A stretch of DNA of 64,000 nt from Gammaproteobacteria bacterium (GTDB taxonomy: Bacteria; Pseudomonadota; Gammaproteobacteria; Eutrophobiales; Eutrophobiaceae), in contig JBHHYN010000003.1 of the NCBI GenBank assembly GCA_046757565.1, forward strand, positions 4,009 through 68,008. Reading direction: 5' to 3'. The position numbers were made by a program, and so were the translations under genes. Positions 37,897 through 47,342 of this stretch are shown in pieces. Each line of letters starts with the position of its first letter. The first letter of the stretch is position 1. The notes under the pieces were generated by a model that saw nothing but the letters and a program-made list of their open reading frames with translations, had not been told where the DNA came from and did not search any database.

Positions 37897-39279
37897 TTAA
37901 TCCAGCAAGGCCAGCATCTCTTCGACACTAGTATACTTCTCGCGAGGTTTCTCATTAGCTGTCCCGTGCTCGATTTCACTTTTATCGATTTTTTTCCAGT
38001 CGGAAAAATTGATATAACGAATTCCTTTTTTATCAAGAATGCTGTAAATCCCTTCGGCGCCACATTTCTTTTCACCGGAATCCAGTAGCGCGATATCTTC
38101 TAACAGGTGGGTGACGGTTTCCACACTATCTGCGCGGTTCGTGCCGATAATACCGGTAGCCCCCCGTTTAATCCATCCGGCAGTATACAACCGGGGAATA
38201 AAGGCATTATCTGTGCCAATGATGCGGCCGTTTTCGTTAGGGAATCGCCCCTGTTTTTCATCAAACGGGACACCGGGCATGGCGATGCCACGATAGCCGA
38301 TACTCCTGAACACGATACCGGTTTCGAGCGCACAGGTTTCGCCGCTCCCCCGGGCGGATTGCCGGAATGGCTCGCCACTCAGTTGGTTTCTTTCCAGAAT
38401 AATCTTCTCCACCCGGTCGCCGCCGGTAATCTCTTTCGGGCTTTTCAGGAAAGTAAAGTGGCAGGTGCGTTGTTTTGCCGGGTCAATCTCCCGCCGGGAA
38501 AATCCCTGGAAGAGTTCATAGATTTTTCTGTTTCCCGCGTGATTCTTGTCGGCTAGTTCGGTCTCGCTTTCAGGGTTCAACGCCAGTTCATTTGCTGCTA
38601 CAAACGGATTGCAATCCTGCAACTCACCAAATTCTTTCAACTCCTTCGATGTAAATTTTGCCTGCGCCGGCCCGCGTCTGCCTATGACATATATATTACG
38701 TATTTTGCTTGCAGCCAGGCAGTCCAGGGCATGTTGCGCGATATCGGTGTGTTTGAGTTCATCGATGGTTTTGGCCAGGATGCGCGCCACGTCAGCGGCG
38801 ACATTCCCCTGCCCGATGATCACGGCATTTTCATGGGATAGATCAAAATTCCGGTCGCGATAATCCGGGTGGCCGTTATACCAGCCGACAAATTCCGTGG
38901 CCGTATGACTGCCGGGAAGATCTTCTCCAGGTATTCCCAGTTTGCGGTCGGTCTCGGCGCCACAAGTAAAAACAACGGCATGGTGACTGCTGGTCAAATC
39001 ATCAATGCTGATATCCCTGCCCACGGTGACATTGCCGATATAATTGAATTCAGGCGATTCCGCTATTTTTGCGTATAACTGAATCGCCTGCTTCAGTTTC
39101 TGATGATCCGGCGCCACCCCGCTGCGTACCAGACCATAGGGACTGGGCAGCCGTTCAAGCATATCTACTTTCACTGAAATATCGGATCGGATCAGTGCTT
39201 CGGTGGCATAGAACCCACTTGGTCCACTGCCGACAATTGCGACAAGCAAGGGGTTTTGCTCAGTACCGAGTTGACTCAT
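37897..39279 (-). CDS. fpr: FprA-type ferredoxin-NADP+ reductase (adrenodoxin-reductase-like FAD/NAD(P) oxidoreductase)
   Basis: FAD-binding motif VAIVGSGPSGFY and NADP-binding motif AVIIGQGNVAADVARIL; 460 aa. Confidence 0.8.
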   Translation of the reverse strand: MSQLGTEQNPLLVAIVGSGPSGFYATEALIRSDISVKVDMLERLPSPYGLVRSGVAPDHQKLKQAIQLYAKIAESPEFNYIGNVTVGRDISIDDLTSSHHAVVFTCGAETDRKLGIPGEDLPGSHTATEFVGWYNGHPDYRDRNFDLSHENAVIIGQGNVAADVARILAKTIDELKHTDIAQHALDCLAASKIRNIYVIGRRGPAQAKFTSKELKEFGELQDCNPFVAANELALNPESETELADKNHAGNRKIYELFQGFSRREIDPAKQRTCHFTFLKSPKEITGGDRVEKIILERNQLSGEPFRQSARGSGETCALETGIVFRSIGYRGIAMPGVPFDEKQGRFPNENGRIIGTDNAFIPRLYTAGWIKRGATGIIGTNRADSVETVTHLLEDIALLDSGEKKCGAEGIYSILDKKGIRYINFSDWKKIDKSEIEHGTANEKPREKYTSVEEMLALLD

Positions 39280-39398
39280 ACAGGTTCACTATTTTGACGC
39301 AGAAACACGCACAAAGGACGACAAAAACGAAAAAAAATTGATAGAGGTGGGAGATTAGCAGTTCCATACCTCTTTTTTTTGCCAATGGGTAAACGGGA

Positions 39399-39704
39399 TT
39401 AGAATCCCAGTTCTGCTTTTCTCTCCTCGGCGCCGGGCAATGGTTCCATCTGGTCCGAACATACGGGTAATCCGGGAGCGCGATCAGCATTTATCTGTAT
39501 CCATGCTTGCTGTTCTTCCGGTAAATCGTCTTCTTCGTAGATCGCCTGGACCGGACATTCGGGTATACAGGCGCTGCAGTCGATACAGACATCGGGGTCG
39601 ATATACAGCATCTCGTCGTCATAATGGAAGCACTCTACCGGACAGACCGTTACACAATCCGTGAAACGGCATTTATTACAGTTCTCGGTTACGACTGTGG
39701 TCAT
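39399..39704 (-). CDS. fdxA: 7Fe ferredoxin (FdxA, Azotobacter type)
   Basis: MTTVVTENCNKCRFTDCVTVCPVECF...CIDCSACIPECP fits the 3Fe-4S plus 4Fe-4S ferredoxin pattern. The ATG at 39704 is preceded by AGGAGG; the longer ORF-track frame looks like an over-extension. Confidence 0.85.
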   Translation of the reverse strand: MTTVVTENCNKCRFTDCVTVCPVECFHYDDEMLYIDPDVCIDCSACIPECPVQAIYEEDDLPEEQQAWIQINADRAPGLPVCSDQMEPLPGAEERKAELGF

Positions 39705-39759
39705 TGTCCCCTCCTGATTAATTGATGTTTGTTCGGGTAATGCTATTTTTAACAAGGTG

Positions 39760-40569
39760 TTAACCCTTGTAAAGTAAAATCTCACCCCGGTTAAGTTCGA
39801 TGGCGTCGCCACTCCAACGCTGATACGCCCCACTGATCTGTTCTTCCCTGAGCGGCAGGTCCAATCCCTGCAAGTACAGCAGATATATCCGTAAATAGGC
39901 CGGTTGGTAGGTACATGCGTAACTGAAGGTCGGTAAAAGTTCAGTAGCATGCATGCTGATGATGGTCCCCCTCTTCATGCCTGCGCCGCTCCTGTTGCCC
40001 AATTCGCCCAGGACAATAATCGTCCCCGCCAGCATATTGACCCCGGTGAAATCACCGCTGTTACCGCCAATAACGATGATGCCATTACGCATGCCGTGAC
40101 CGATTTCATTGCGTGCATTACCATGGACGATGATCTCTCCACCCTGTATCCCGATAGTGCTGCCACGGTAGGCGCTACCAATCATGTGTCCGGCATCTCC
40201 CTTGATCTGGATGCGCCCGCCTGACATATCCGGTGCCACCCAGTCACCCACATTGCCTGTCACGACGATCTCGCCGCCGGACATGCCTGCACCCAGGTGG
40301 GCGCCGACGTTGCCATTAACATGCAGATGTCCCGATGACATACCGGCGCCGATATATTTTACATTGGTAAGGTCCCCGTGCAGCCGGGTCGTACCGTTCG
40401 ATGTTCCTTCAACATTGAAGAAATCGCCCACTGCCGCCTGTTCATTGCCATGCTGTACTGATAAAGACTCGATTTCGGCGGGACTCAGGCCAGCCACTCT
40501 GTCAGGAGAAATATTTTCCGCTTCCAACGGCACCTCCGGGGCCGTGTGTAACGTCAGCTCCAGACTCAT
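39760..40569 (-). CDS. fwdC: Formylmethanofuran dehydrogenase subunit C, copy 2
   Basis: The same Gly-rich beta-helix repeat family as fhcC. ATGA overlap with the upstream ftr copy. Confidence 0.8.
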   Translation of the reverse strand: MSLELTLHTAPEVPLEAENISPDRVAGLSPAEIESLSVQHGNEQAAVGDFFNVEGTSNGTTRLHGDLTNVKYIGAGMSSGHLHVNGNVGAHLGAGMSGGEIVVTGNVGDWVAPDMSGGRIQIKGDAGHMIGSAYRGSTIGIQGGEIIVHGNARNEIGHGMRNGIIVIGGNSGDFTGVNMLAGTIIVLGELGNRSGAGMKRGTIISMHATELLPTFSYACTYQPAYLRIYLLYLQGLDLPLREEQISGAYQRWSGDAIELNRGEILLYKG

Positions 40570-41465
40570 GGCGCCTGTCCTTCCAACAAGCTGTGCAGTT
40601 CAATTTTGAACTGGCCGAGACCGCCACCGTAATTACCGGCCGATATCTGCCGGATGCCGGGTTTGGCTGCGGCATAGAGCCCACGCTGCATGGCCGCCCG
40701 CACTGCCTCTTCATCCAGACCGTCGATAACGATTTCCAGTACGCAATTTACCCCCGGCCCGAGACTGGAATCCTGCCTGATGCCACGCAGGGTAGGGCAG
40801 TAGGCATCATTGGTTGAAGCAATCAGGGATTTATATTTCGAACCGACTTTACTGCCGCTGCGGACGACTCCATCGGGAAAGGGCAGAATGATACCGGCTA
40901 TCTCCTGCATGGCCTTGACCGCTGCATTGGCGGATCGCAGTGTCGTTTTCAGGTCTTTCCCCAGCAGCAGCAGATTTCCTCCACCTACAGCCGGCTGTAT
41001 ATTGAAGCGTTCATCCACCAGGAACTCGCCGTCCATGACCGGGATACGCCAGAAACGCCTGCCGTTTAACTGTTTACTTCCCTGGAAACCGTCACCGAAA
41101 TAACGCAACTGGCCACCGACCACGACGGGATGCTCCGATTCCAGTCCGTTGTAACAGGCCGTTGTCGGGCAGGTCATGACGCATTGGCCGATGCGCTCGA
41201 CCAGGCGTTTCCCGGCACTTTGCGCATCCATGGCAAACAGCAGCACGCTGATGCCAGGGCGCTTGTCAGGCGTTTCCTCCGCCGGCATCTCCCGTTCGAT
41301 GCCTGCCTCGCATTTACAGCCAATAACGGATGTTGCAAAACCGGTGATGGAGCGGGCCGCCGCCAGGGCCCATTGCCGGGTCTCGGCCGTGATGACGATG
41401 CGTGCACCCCACATTTTGAAGGCCTCTGCAAAGGTATCGACAATTTCTGTGGATTTTATTTTCAT
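40566..41465 (-). CDS. ftr: Formylmethanofuran:tetrahydromethanopterin formyltransferase, copy 2
   Basis: 299 aa Ftr paralog, translationally coupled on both sides. Confidence 0.8.
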   Translation of the reverse strand: MKIKSTEIVDTFAEAFKMWGARIVITAETRQWALAAARSITGFATSVIGCKCEAGIEREMPAEETPDKRPGISVLLFAMDAQSAGKRLVERIGQCVMTCPTTACYNGLESEHPVVVGGQLRYFGDGFQGSKQLNGRRFWRIPVMDGEFLVDERFNIQPAVGGGNLLLLGKDLKTTLRSANAAVKAMQEIAGIILPFPDGVVRSGSKVGSKYKSLIASTNDAYCPTLRGIRQDSSLGPGVNCVLEIVIDGLDEEAVRAAMQRGLYAAAKPGIRQISAGNYGGGLGQFKIELHSLLEGQAP

Positions 41466-43099
41466 TTTGTCGGGATAATTTCATGGTCGTGCAGATATCT
41501 GTCAGCGACGGCGTAATTATCAAACTCGATAGAGTAGTAATCTTCAAAAAACGGCCGCACACTGTCAACGATGGCCTCATCATATTTCGGCGTAACGTGT
41601 AACAGGCGGCCGATATGGTCCTGTGTAAACTCATGGTCTTCGATAATGGGTTTCCCCGACTTGATGACATAACGTGGCGCGCTGAACATGATTTCCTTGT
41701 CCTGGTGCTCATCATAAATCGTGATATCTGCCTCCGCACCAACGCCCAGGTGGCCCTTGTTGGCGAGTCCAAGCACTCTGGCGGGGCCGGCCCGGGTAAT
41801 GATCGCAATCTCGTTCAGGGTATACTCGCGGTCGAGATCCGGCAGCAGCGACTTGCTGATTGCCTTCTGGTTGACATGTTTGCACTCTTCCTTCCTGAAC
41901 TCCCTGTCCATTAACAGGCGGATTAACTTGGGGTAACTCATAAACGAGCCGCCATTGGGATGGTCGGTGGAGAGGATCGTGCGCCAGGGGTCCTGCGATA
42001 ATAGAAACAGTTCCAGGCCAATCGCCCACTGCAGGGCATGCACATAAATATGTTCCTGATAGCTGAACGGCACAATACCGCAGCCGCTCTCGCACTCGGT
42101 ATCGGCATTAACCCATTTGTTTTTACTGATGCCCCGGAGCATATAGGCCAGTGGGGCGTCGGCCGTCATGATGGTGGATTTTCCAAACATGACCTGGCCG
42201 ACGTCACAGGTGATGTTTGGGTGGGCGTTGATATATTCCGCGATGATTTTCGCGCCTGAACGCGGGTTTTTCCCGACCTCGCCTGCGTAGCTGTGAAACT
42301 GGATATGGGCCATATGCAGGCGCCGGTCACCGGCGGTGCGCATTGTCTCCAGCGTGGTATCAATATTGCCGCTGTGGCCAAGGTTATTGCTGTGGATGTG
42401 CGTGGGGTGGGGAAGGCCCAGTTCAGTCACGGCATCTACGAAAGCATCTATGATCTGTCTTGGGCTTATTTCAAAGACATCATTTTTTTCATCAATGTTG
42501 GCGACATTGGAATTGCGCTTTCCCTTCCAGGGTTCATCGCCGCCCGGGTTGACCAGTTTCGCCGTATAGCCCTTGCAGGCATTCAACCACCAGGCGACGG
42601 CCTGTTGGAATTCTTCTTTGCGGCCCTGTTGCAGTAATTGTTGTAAAAAAATATTATTGCCGAGCAGCACATAAAAACCCTTGTCGATGACCGGCGTGTC
42701 TTGCAACTCTTCCAGGGCATGTCTGGCGCCGATGGGTGGGACGGCCGCCTCCATGGCGGTAGTGTAACCCAGCGTGGCGTAGCGATAACCGGTAGCAAAG
42801 GTGGATGGCACGATGCCTCCTGTCCCCGAACGGGTCAGTCGTGTACCGGGATGCGGATCATGGCGATGGTCCTCAGGTTGCAGTTTACGGGCAAGATTTA
42901 CCTTCGGACCGGCTATATGACAATGAATATCGATACCGCCCGGCATGATCACCATGCCATCGGCGTCTATCTTTTTTGTATCGGCAGGAACGCTCTCGAC
43001 GATTCTACCGTCTTCGATGCAGAGTTCACAGGTCTTACCGTCAATAGCGTTCGCGGGATCATAGACTTTTCCATTAACGATGCGCAGCCGTATACTCAT
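41462..43099 (-). CDS. fwdA: Formylmethanofuran dehydrogenase subunit A, copy 2 (amidohydrolase)
   Basis: IDIHCHIAGPK metal-binding motif; a 545 aa paralog of fhcA. Confidence 0.85.
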   Translation of the reverse strand: MSIRLRIVNGKVYDPANAIDGKTCELCIEDGRIVESVPADTKKIDADGMVIMPGGIDIHCHIAGPKVNLARKLQPEDHRHDPHPGTRLTRSGTGGIVPSTFATGYRYATLGYTTAMEAAVPPIGARHALEELQDTPVIDKGFYVLLGNNIFLQQLLQQGRKEEFQQAVAWWLNACKGYTAKLVNPGGDEPWKGKRNSNVANIDEKNDVFEISPRQIIDAFVDAVTELGLPHPTHIHSNNLGHSGNIDTTLETMRTAGDRRLHMAHIQFHSYAGEVGKNPRSGAKIIAEYINAHPNITCDVGQVMFGKSTIMTADAPLAYMLRGISKNKWVNADTECESGCGIVPFSYQEHIYVHALQWAIGLELFLLSQDPWRTILSTDHPNGGSFMSYPKLIRLLMDREFRKEECKHVNQKAISKSLLPDLDREYTLNEIAIITRAGPARVLGLANKGHLGVGAEADITIYDEHQDKEIMFSAPRYVIKSGKPIIEDHEFTQDHIGRLLHVTPKYDEAIVDSVRPFFEDYYSIEFDNYAVADRYLHDHEIIPTK

Positions 43100-43165
43100 A
43101 CCTCTTTCCAGTCTCTGCTTTTTTATTCGTTGTTATCAGAGCGGGAGATCAGCTGATGAGCTGCA

Positions 43166-44524
43166 TTAGACGCTGAATGGTGCGGCGGCGGCTTCAGCCG
43201 TTCCACGCGTCCCGCTTTTTGCTAACACCAGTTCCTGTACTCTATTCCTTATGGACGTTAATATCTCCTCATCTGCCGGAAATGGAGACTCAAAGGCAGG
43301 CTTCAGTGTGATGGGAACATCGTCCATTCGATATACTGTACCGGAGGTATTGATCCCGTAAGTGGCCGTACGGAAGGCTACGTGTGCCAGCCTGCTTGTA
43401 TCCGTCTCTTTTGTATCAAGTGAAATAACGGGGATCTTATGCAGGTGATCGATTGCCCTCTGGGGAAAATTGGAGGCCGGATCACTGGCAATGATCAACG
43501 CCGCGTCGGCATCGCCCCGGGCCAACACATCAACCGTGGTAAATTCACCCGGATTAAAGCGGGGAAAACCGCGGCTGAAATTGACTCCGAACGGGTACCC
43601 GGTCTGCCAGGAGACGACGTTATCTGCTCCGGTAACGTTGCCGTGGCCACGCACGGGTTTGGCGACAAAATGGGTGAACCCATTCAGATCCGTAGCCAGC
43701 GCAAGCAATGCACCGGAATTGAAATGCCGGCCACGTGTCATGGTCAGGCCCATGCCGAAGAACAGCACCCCGTAACGGCAACTTTTCATGCGTTGCACCA
43801 GATCCTCGAGCGTCTCCAGGGGCACGCCGGTGTTCTCCTCGATGGACGGGTTGATGGCATGTCCTTTGACCAGGGCGCGCAGCGCCCACAACACTTCAAA
43901 GTCCCTGCCGGGTTTTACCTGGATAAAGATATCGGCAACCGGGGTGCTCGCCGTCTTCCTGACATCGACCAGGACAACCGTGCGGTCTTTTTTACCGTTC
44001 GGGGTATACATACCTTTTGGCGTGACCGCATACTTTGTAAAATGGCGTGGATGCGCTTCAGCGGGGTTTCCACCCCAATAGATGACGAGATCTGCACGGT
44101 TTTTGACTTCCCCCAGGGTCATAGTGCTTTCTCCAATCCCCTGAAAGGCAAGTCCCGATGGACCGTGGCAGACCGAGGTGGTGGTATCGACCGTGCCCCG
44201 GACAATATCCGTGATAGCGACAGCCTGACGTTGCGCCTCGCAAGTAGTATCACTTAATCCATAGGTGATCGGATAGCGGGCGTGTACCAGGATCTGTGCG
44301 GCTTCTTCCACCGCTTCATCAAGGCTGGCTTCCCGGCTGTCGATCATCGCCGCCGGCGCGGCTTCAATGGTATGTTCGGCAAACCAGGCGCGGCCCAGTA
44401 CACAGGCGTTCTTTGCCTTTGTAATGCGTTTCTCATCCATGTCGACGGTCAATATCATATCGTCACAGACACAGCCACAGAACGTGCATGTTGCGTTGTT
44501 AACGGTTCTTATGTTTTCGCCCAT
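43166..44524 (-). CDS. fwdB: Formylmethanofuran dehydrogenase subunit B, copy 2, retaining the molybdopterin-ligating cysteine
   Basis: N-terminal Cys cluster (TCTFCGCVCDD) and a TTTSVCHGPSG motif. This corresponds to the SeCys/Cys-HGP Mo/W-ligand motif of the formate dehydrogenase family. The start was chosen at MGENIRTV; the longer ORF-track frame would overlap fwdD. Confidence 0.75.
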   Translation of the reverse strand: MGENIRTVNNATCTFCGCVCDDMILTVDMDEKRITKAKNACVLGRAWFAEHTIEAAPAAMIDSREASLDEAVEEAAQILVHARYPITYGLSDTTCEAQRQAVAITDIVRGTVDTTTSVCHGPSGLAFQGIGESTMTLGEVKNRADLVIYWGGNPAEAHPRHFTKYAVTPKGMYTPNGKKDRTVVLVDVRKTASTPVADIFIQVKPGRDFEVLWALRALVKGHAINPSIEENTGVPLETLEDLVQRMKSCRYGVLFFGMGLTMTRGRHFNSGALLALATDLNGFTHFVAKPVRGHGNVTGADNVVSWQTGYPFGVNFSRGFPRFNPGEFTTVDVLARGDADAALIIASDPASNFPQRAIDHLHKIPVISLDTKETDTSRLAHVAFRTATYGINTSGTVYRMDDVPITLKPAFESPFPADEEILTSIRNRVQELVLAKSGTRGTAEAAAAPFSV

Positions 44525-44606
44525 CTTTACTAGTATAGATAATAAGAGCTTGCTGTGAAACGCAGTGAGTCCAATAAATATATTGATGATATCCAGGTTT
44601 ACCGGT

Positions 44607-44954
44607 TTAACCGGTAACTTTCTCCACCTCAACTTCAAGATGTTTCGATTGTGGCATTCCACTCGCGGCCGTGTCACTCCCCATTAACCGGCTAGAACCG
44701 GGGCCATAGGCCATAAACAGCAATCCGGGAGGCAGGTCAGCCACCTTTCTGCTTTTACACCCCACAATGGTTTCCCCGATGTGGTTACAAAGCCGCACTT
44801 TGTCACCCTCATTCAGATCCAGCCTTTTCATGTCATCTTCATTCATCTCGACGGTGCTGGTGATCGCCAGGTATTCCTCTTTACATTTTCCTTTGTTCAG
44901 TGATGTGCCCTGTTTGGTGGAGCGGCCCGGGATCAATAGCATCGTTTCCGTCAT
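44607..44954 (-). CDS. fwdD: Formylmethanofuran dehydrogenase subunit D (small molybdopterin-dinucleotide-binding-like subunit)
   Basis: 115 aa resembling FwdD/FmdD. It lies immediately upstream of fwdB copy 2, and cluster 1 has no equivalent. Confidence 0.65.
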   Translation of the reverse strand: MTETMLLIPGRSTKQGTSLNKGKCKEEYLAITSTVEMNEDDMKRLDLNEGDKVRLCNHIGETIVGCKSRKVADLPPGLLFMAYGPGSSRLMGSDTAASGMPQSKHLEVEVEKVTG

Positions 44955-45416
44955 GTAATGTCTCCGCTGCGAGGCAGCTTTATTGTCCGGGGGGATCTAT
45001 TTTAGATCAAAAATTTCCAAGGGATAGCGAGCGCCCCCTTTTCACATATCCTCATCCTTATTATCATTTTAGGTTTAAGCCGTCAAATTTCTCTTAAAGT
45101 CTTCACGACAGGCCTGTTTTTCGGATCAACATGTGCGTGTCGGCCGGATGCCTTCATAGTGGACTTAAACCCCCTGTCCCAGTGATGAGTTTAGCATAAA
45201 GTTGTATCAAATATTGCCCCGCCTTCGGCATCCGGAATAGATTTCCTGATCACATTTAGCATAAACCCGGGGCCATGTTAAAATAGAGAGTGCGGTATAA
45301 CTTAGGGATTAACCGATCCGATGAAGGTCAACGTATCATATAAGGATTAATGACATCCCGGTTTCACCGATTGTTCAAAAAATAATCTCTATTTCCACTT
45401 GAGTCGGAAGGATCAA

Positions 45417-46406
45417 ATGGATGAATTACGTGTGAGTGTTTTTGCCCCGGCGCGGCTGCATTTGGGATTTATCGATATGCATGGTGGCCTGGGCAGGTAT
45501 TTTGGCAGTCTGGGAATCAGCCTGGCCGAGATCCATACCGATCTGGTCATGACGCGGGATTCCGGCATCTCAGCCGATGGACCCGGTTCTGATCGGGCCG
45601 CCGTTTGTGCCGAAAGGCTGATAACGCATCTGCAGCTGGATGGTGGTGTGCATATCAAGCTAAACAGCGTCATTCCGGAACATATGGGTCTGGGATCCGG
45701 GACCCAGATGTCGCTCGCGGTAGCAACAGCCATAGCCAGACTCCATGGGCTTAATATCTCAATAGCCGACCTGGCTGCGGTGATGGATCGTGGCAGCCGC
45801 TCCGGTATCGGTATCGGGGCCTTTATGTATGGTGGCTTTATTGTTGATGGTGGGCTGGGCGCTGACAGCAAGGTACCGCCAATTATCAGCCACATGGATT
45901 TTCCGGAAACGTGGCGCTTTATATTGGTCATCGATAACGAGCGCCGTGGTATCGAAGGCCCTGCAGAAAAGCAGGCATTCAAGCATTTGGCCGGTATGGA
46001 CGAGCGCACGGTAGCGGACGTGTGCCGTCTGGTCCTGATGCAGGTGTTACCCGCTGTTGCGGAAAGCGATTGCCGCCAGTTTGGCGAGGCGATTACGGCG
46101 ATTCAGCAGGTGTCCGGGAATTATTTCGCAGAGATACAGGGAGGGCAGTACAACAGTCCGGAGGTGGGGCGCGCGCTTTCATCGTTGCTGGACGACGGTG
46201 CACACGGTATCGGACAAAGCTCCTGGGGGCCGACCGGTTTTGCCGTTTTTGCGAGCGAAACGGATGCCCGCCATGCATTAGAGCGGTTAATCAATGACCA
46301 TGAAAACAGCCATCGGCTGCAATTTATATTATGCAGGGCCCGTAACAACAAAGCAGACGTGCGGTTAGAAGAGGCTACTTATAACAGTTCAATCCCTATT
46401 TCATAA
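45417..46406 (+). CDS. mptG: Beta-ribofuranosylaminobenzene 5'-phosphate synthase (GHMP-kinase fold; methanopterin biosynthesis)
   Basis: GHMP kinase motif PEHMGLGSGTQMSLAVA, plus its position in the H4MPT gene island. The ATG at 45417 is preceded by a GGAAGGA SD. Confidence 0.75.
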   Translation: MDELRVSVFAPARLHLGFIDMHGGLGRYFGSLGISLAEIHTDLVMTRDSGISADGPGSDRAAVCAERLITHLQLDGGVHIKLNSVIPEHMGLGSGTQMSLAVATAIARLHGLNISIADLAAVMDRGSRSGIGIGAFMYGGFIVDGGLGADSKVPPIISHMDFPETWRFILVIDNERRGIEGPAEKQAFKHLAGMDERTVADVCRLVLMQVLPAVAESDCRQFGEAITAIQQVSGNYFAEIQGGQYNSPEVGRALSSLLDDGAHGIGQSSWGPTGFAVFASETDARHALERLINDHENSHRLQFILCRARNNKADVRLEEATYNSSIPIS

Positions 46407-46424
46407 CACGATATTGAGACCAAA

Positions 46425-47342
46425 ATGAATGATCCCTATTTGCTCCATATATTTAATCCAACCAAAAATGTCAGTCCCTTCGATGTCAATATGGCCTATG
46501 AAACTGCGTACGACGGCGTTATCCCTTACACGAATGTTACACTCGAAGAGATCCATGGGTTGACGCAGGATACGATTTTTTCGCGCGGCCCGGCCGGTAT
46601 GAAACGCACCGCTATATTTATAGGCGGGCGTGAATTCGGTCTGGCCATGGATATGCTGGACCATGCCAGGAATGCCATGATTCCCCCGTTTGCGGTCTCG
46701 GTTTTTGCCGATCCAAGCGGCGCCATTACCACTGCGGCGGCCCTGGTGGCCTGCATTGAGTCCTGTATGAAGAGCCGGAACGGGGAGACCCTGGCCGGCA
46801 AGAAGGTCCACATTATGGGGGGTACCGGTCCTGTCGGGATTTGTGCGGGGGTTTTAGCGTATGGCTGTGGCGCGGAAGTCTATCTGGCCAGCAGCCGGGG
46901 ATGCGACGTGGCGCGAAATGTTGCCGAAGAATATAACGCCCGCTGCGGGGTGGCCATGCGGGGGGCATCCAGTCATTCCGGGGATGAGATACTGGAGTTT
47001 CTTGAGCAGACCCAGGTCGTGATCGGCGCCGCCAAAGCCGGTATCAAGTTGCTCGATCGGGAACAACTGGAAAAAGCCGGTGAATTGATGATTGCGGCGG
47101 ATGTCAATGCCGTGCCGCCGCCCGGTATCGAAGGGGTCGATGTCAACGATATGGGGACCCCTATGGATTTCACTCCTAAAAAGGCTGTCGCCATTGGCGC
47201 ATTGGCCATAGGCAATGTCAAATATAAAGTCCACTACCGGCTGTTTGAGATGATGCAGTCGGCAAAGGAGCCGGTCTATCTGGACCATATCAAGGCATTC
47301 GATGTCGCCAGGAAATTCATGTCAAAACGGGTCTATGAATGA
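46425..47342 (+). CDS. mtdB: NAD(P)-dependent methylene-tetrahydromethanopterin dehydrogenase (MtdA/MtdB family)
   Basis: MtdA/B family pattern (FDV....YDG, AIFIGG, TTAAALVA, GGTGPVG). Confidence 0.8.
   Translation: MNDPYLLHIFNPTKNVSPFDVNMAYETAYDGVIPYTNVTLEEIHGLTQDTIFSRGPAGMKRTAIFIGGREFGLAMDMLDHARNAMIPPFAVSVFADPSGAITTAAALVACIESCMKSRNGETLAGKKVHIMGGTGPVGICAGVLAYGCGAEVYLASSRGCDVARNVAEEYNARCGVAMRGASSHSGDEILEFLEQTQVVIGAAKAGIKLLDREQLEKAGELMIAADVNAVPPPGIEGVDVNDMGTPMDFTPKKAVAIGALAIGNVKYKVHYRLFEMMQSAKEPVYLDHIKAFDVARKFMSKRVYE

Noticed and set aside
43439-44257. 272-codon plus-strand ORF inside the fwdB copy 2 region, and similar plus-strand ORFs across 29301-31154, 33408-36898 and 40184-43156
   Set aside because: All are antisense to well-supported minus-strand Fds and Fwd genes and lack family features.
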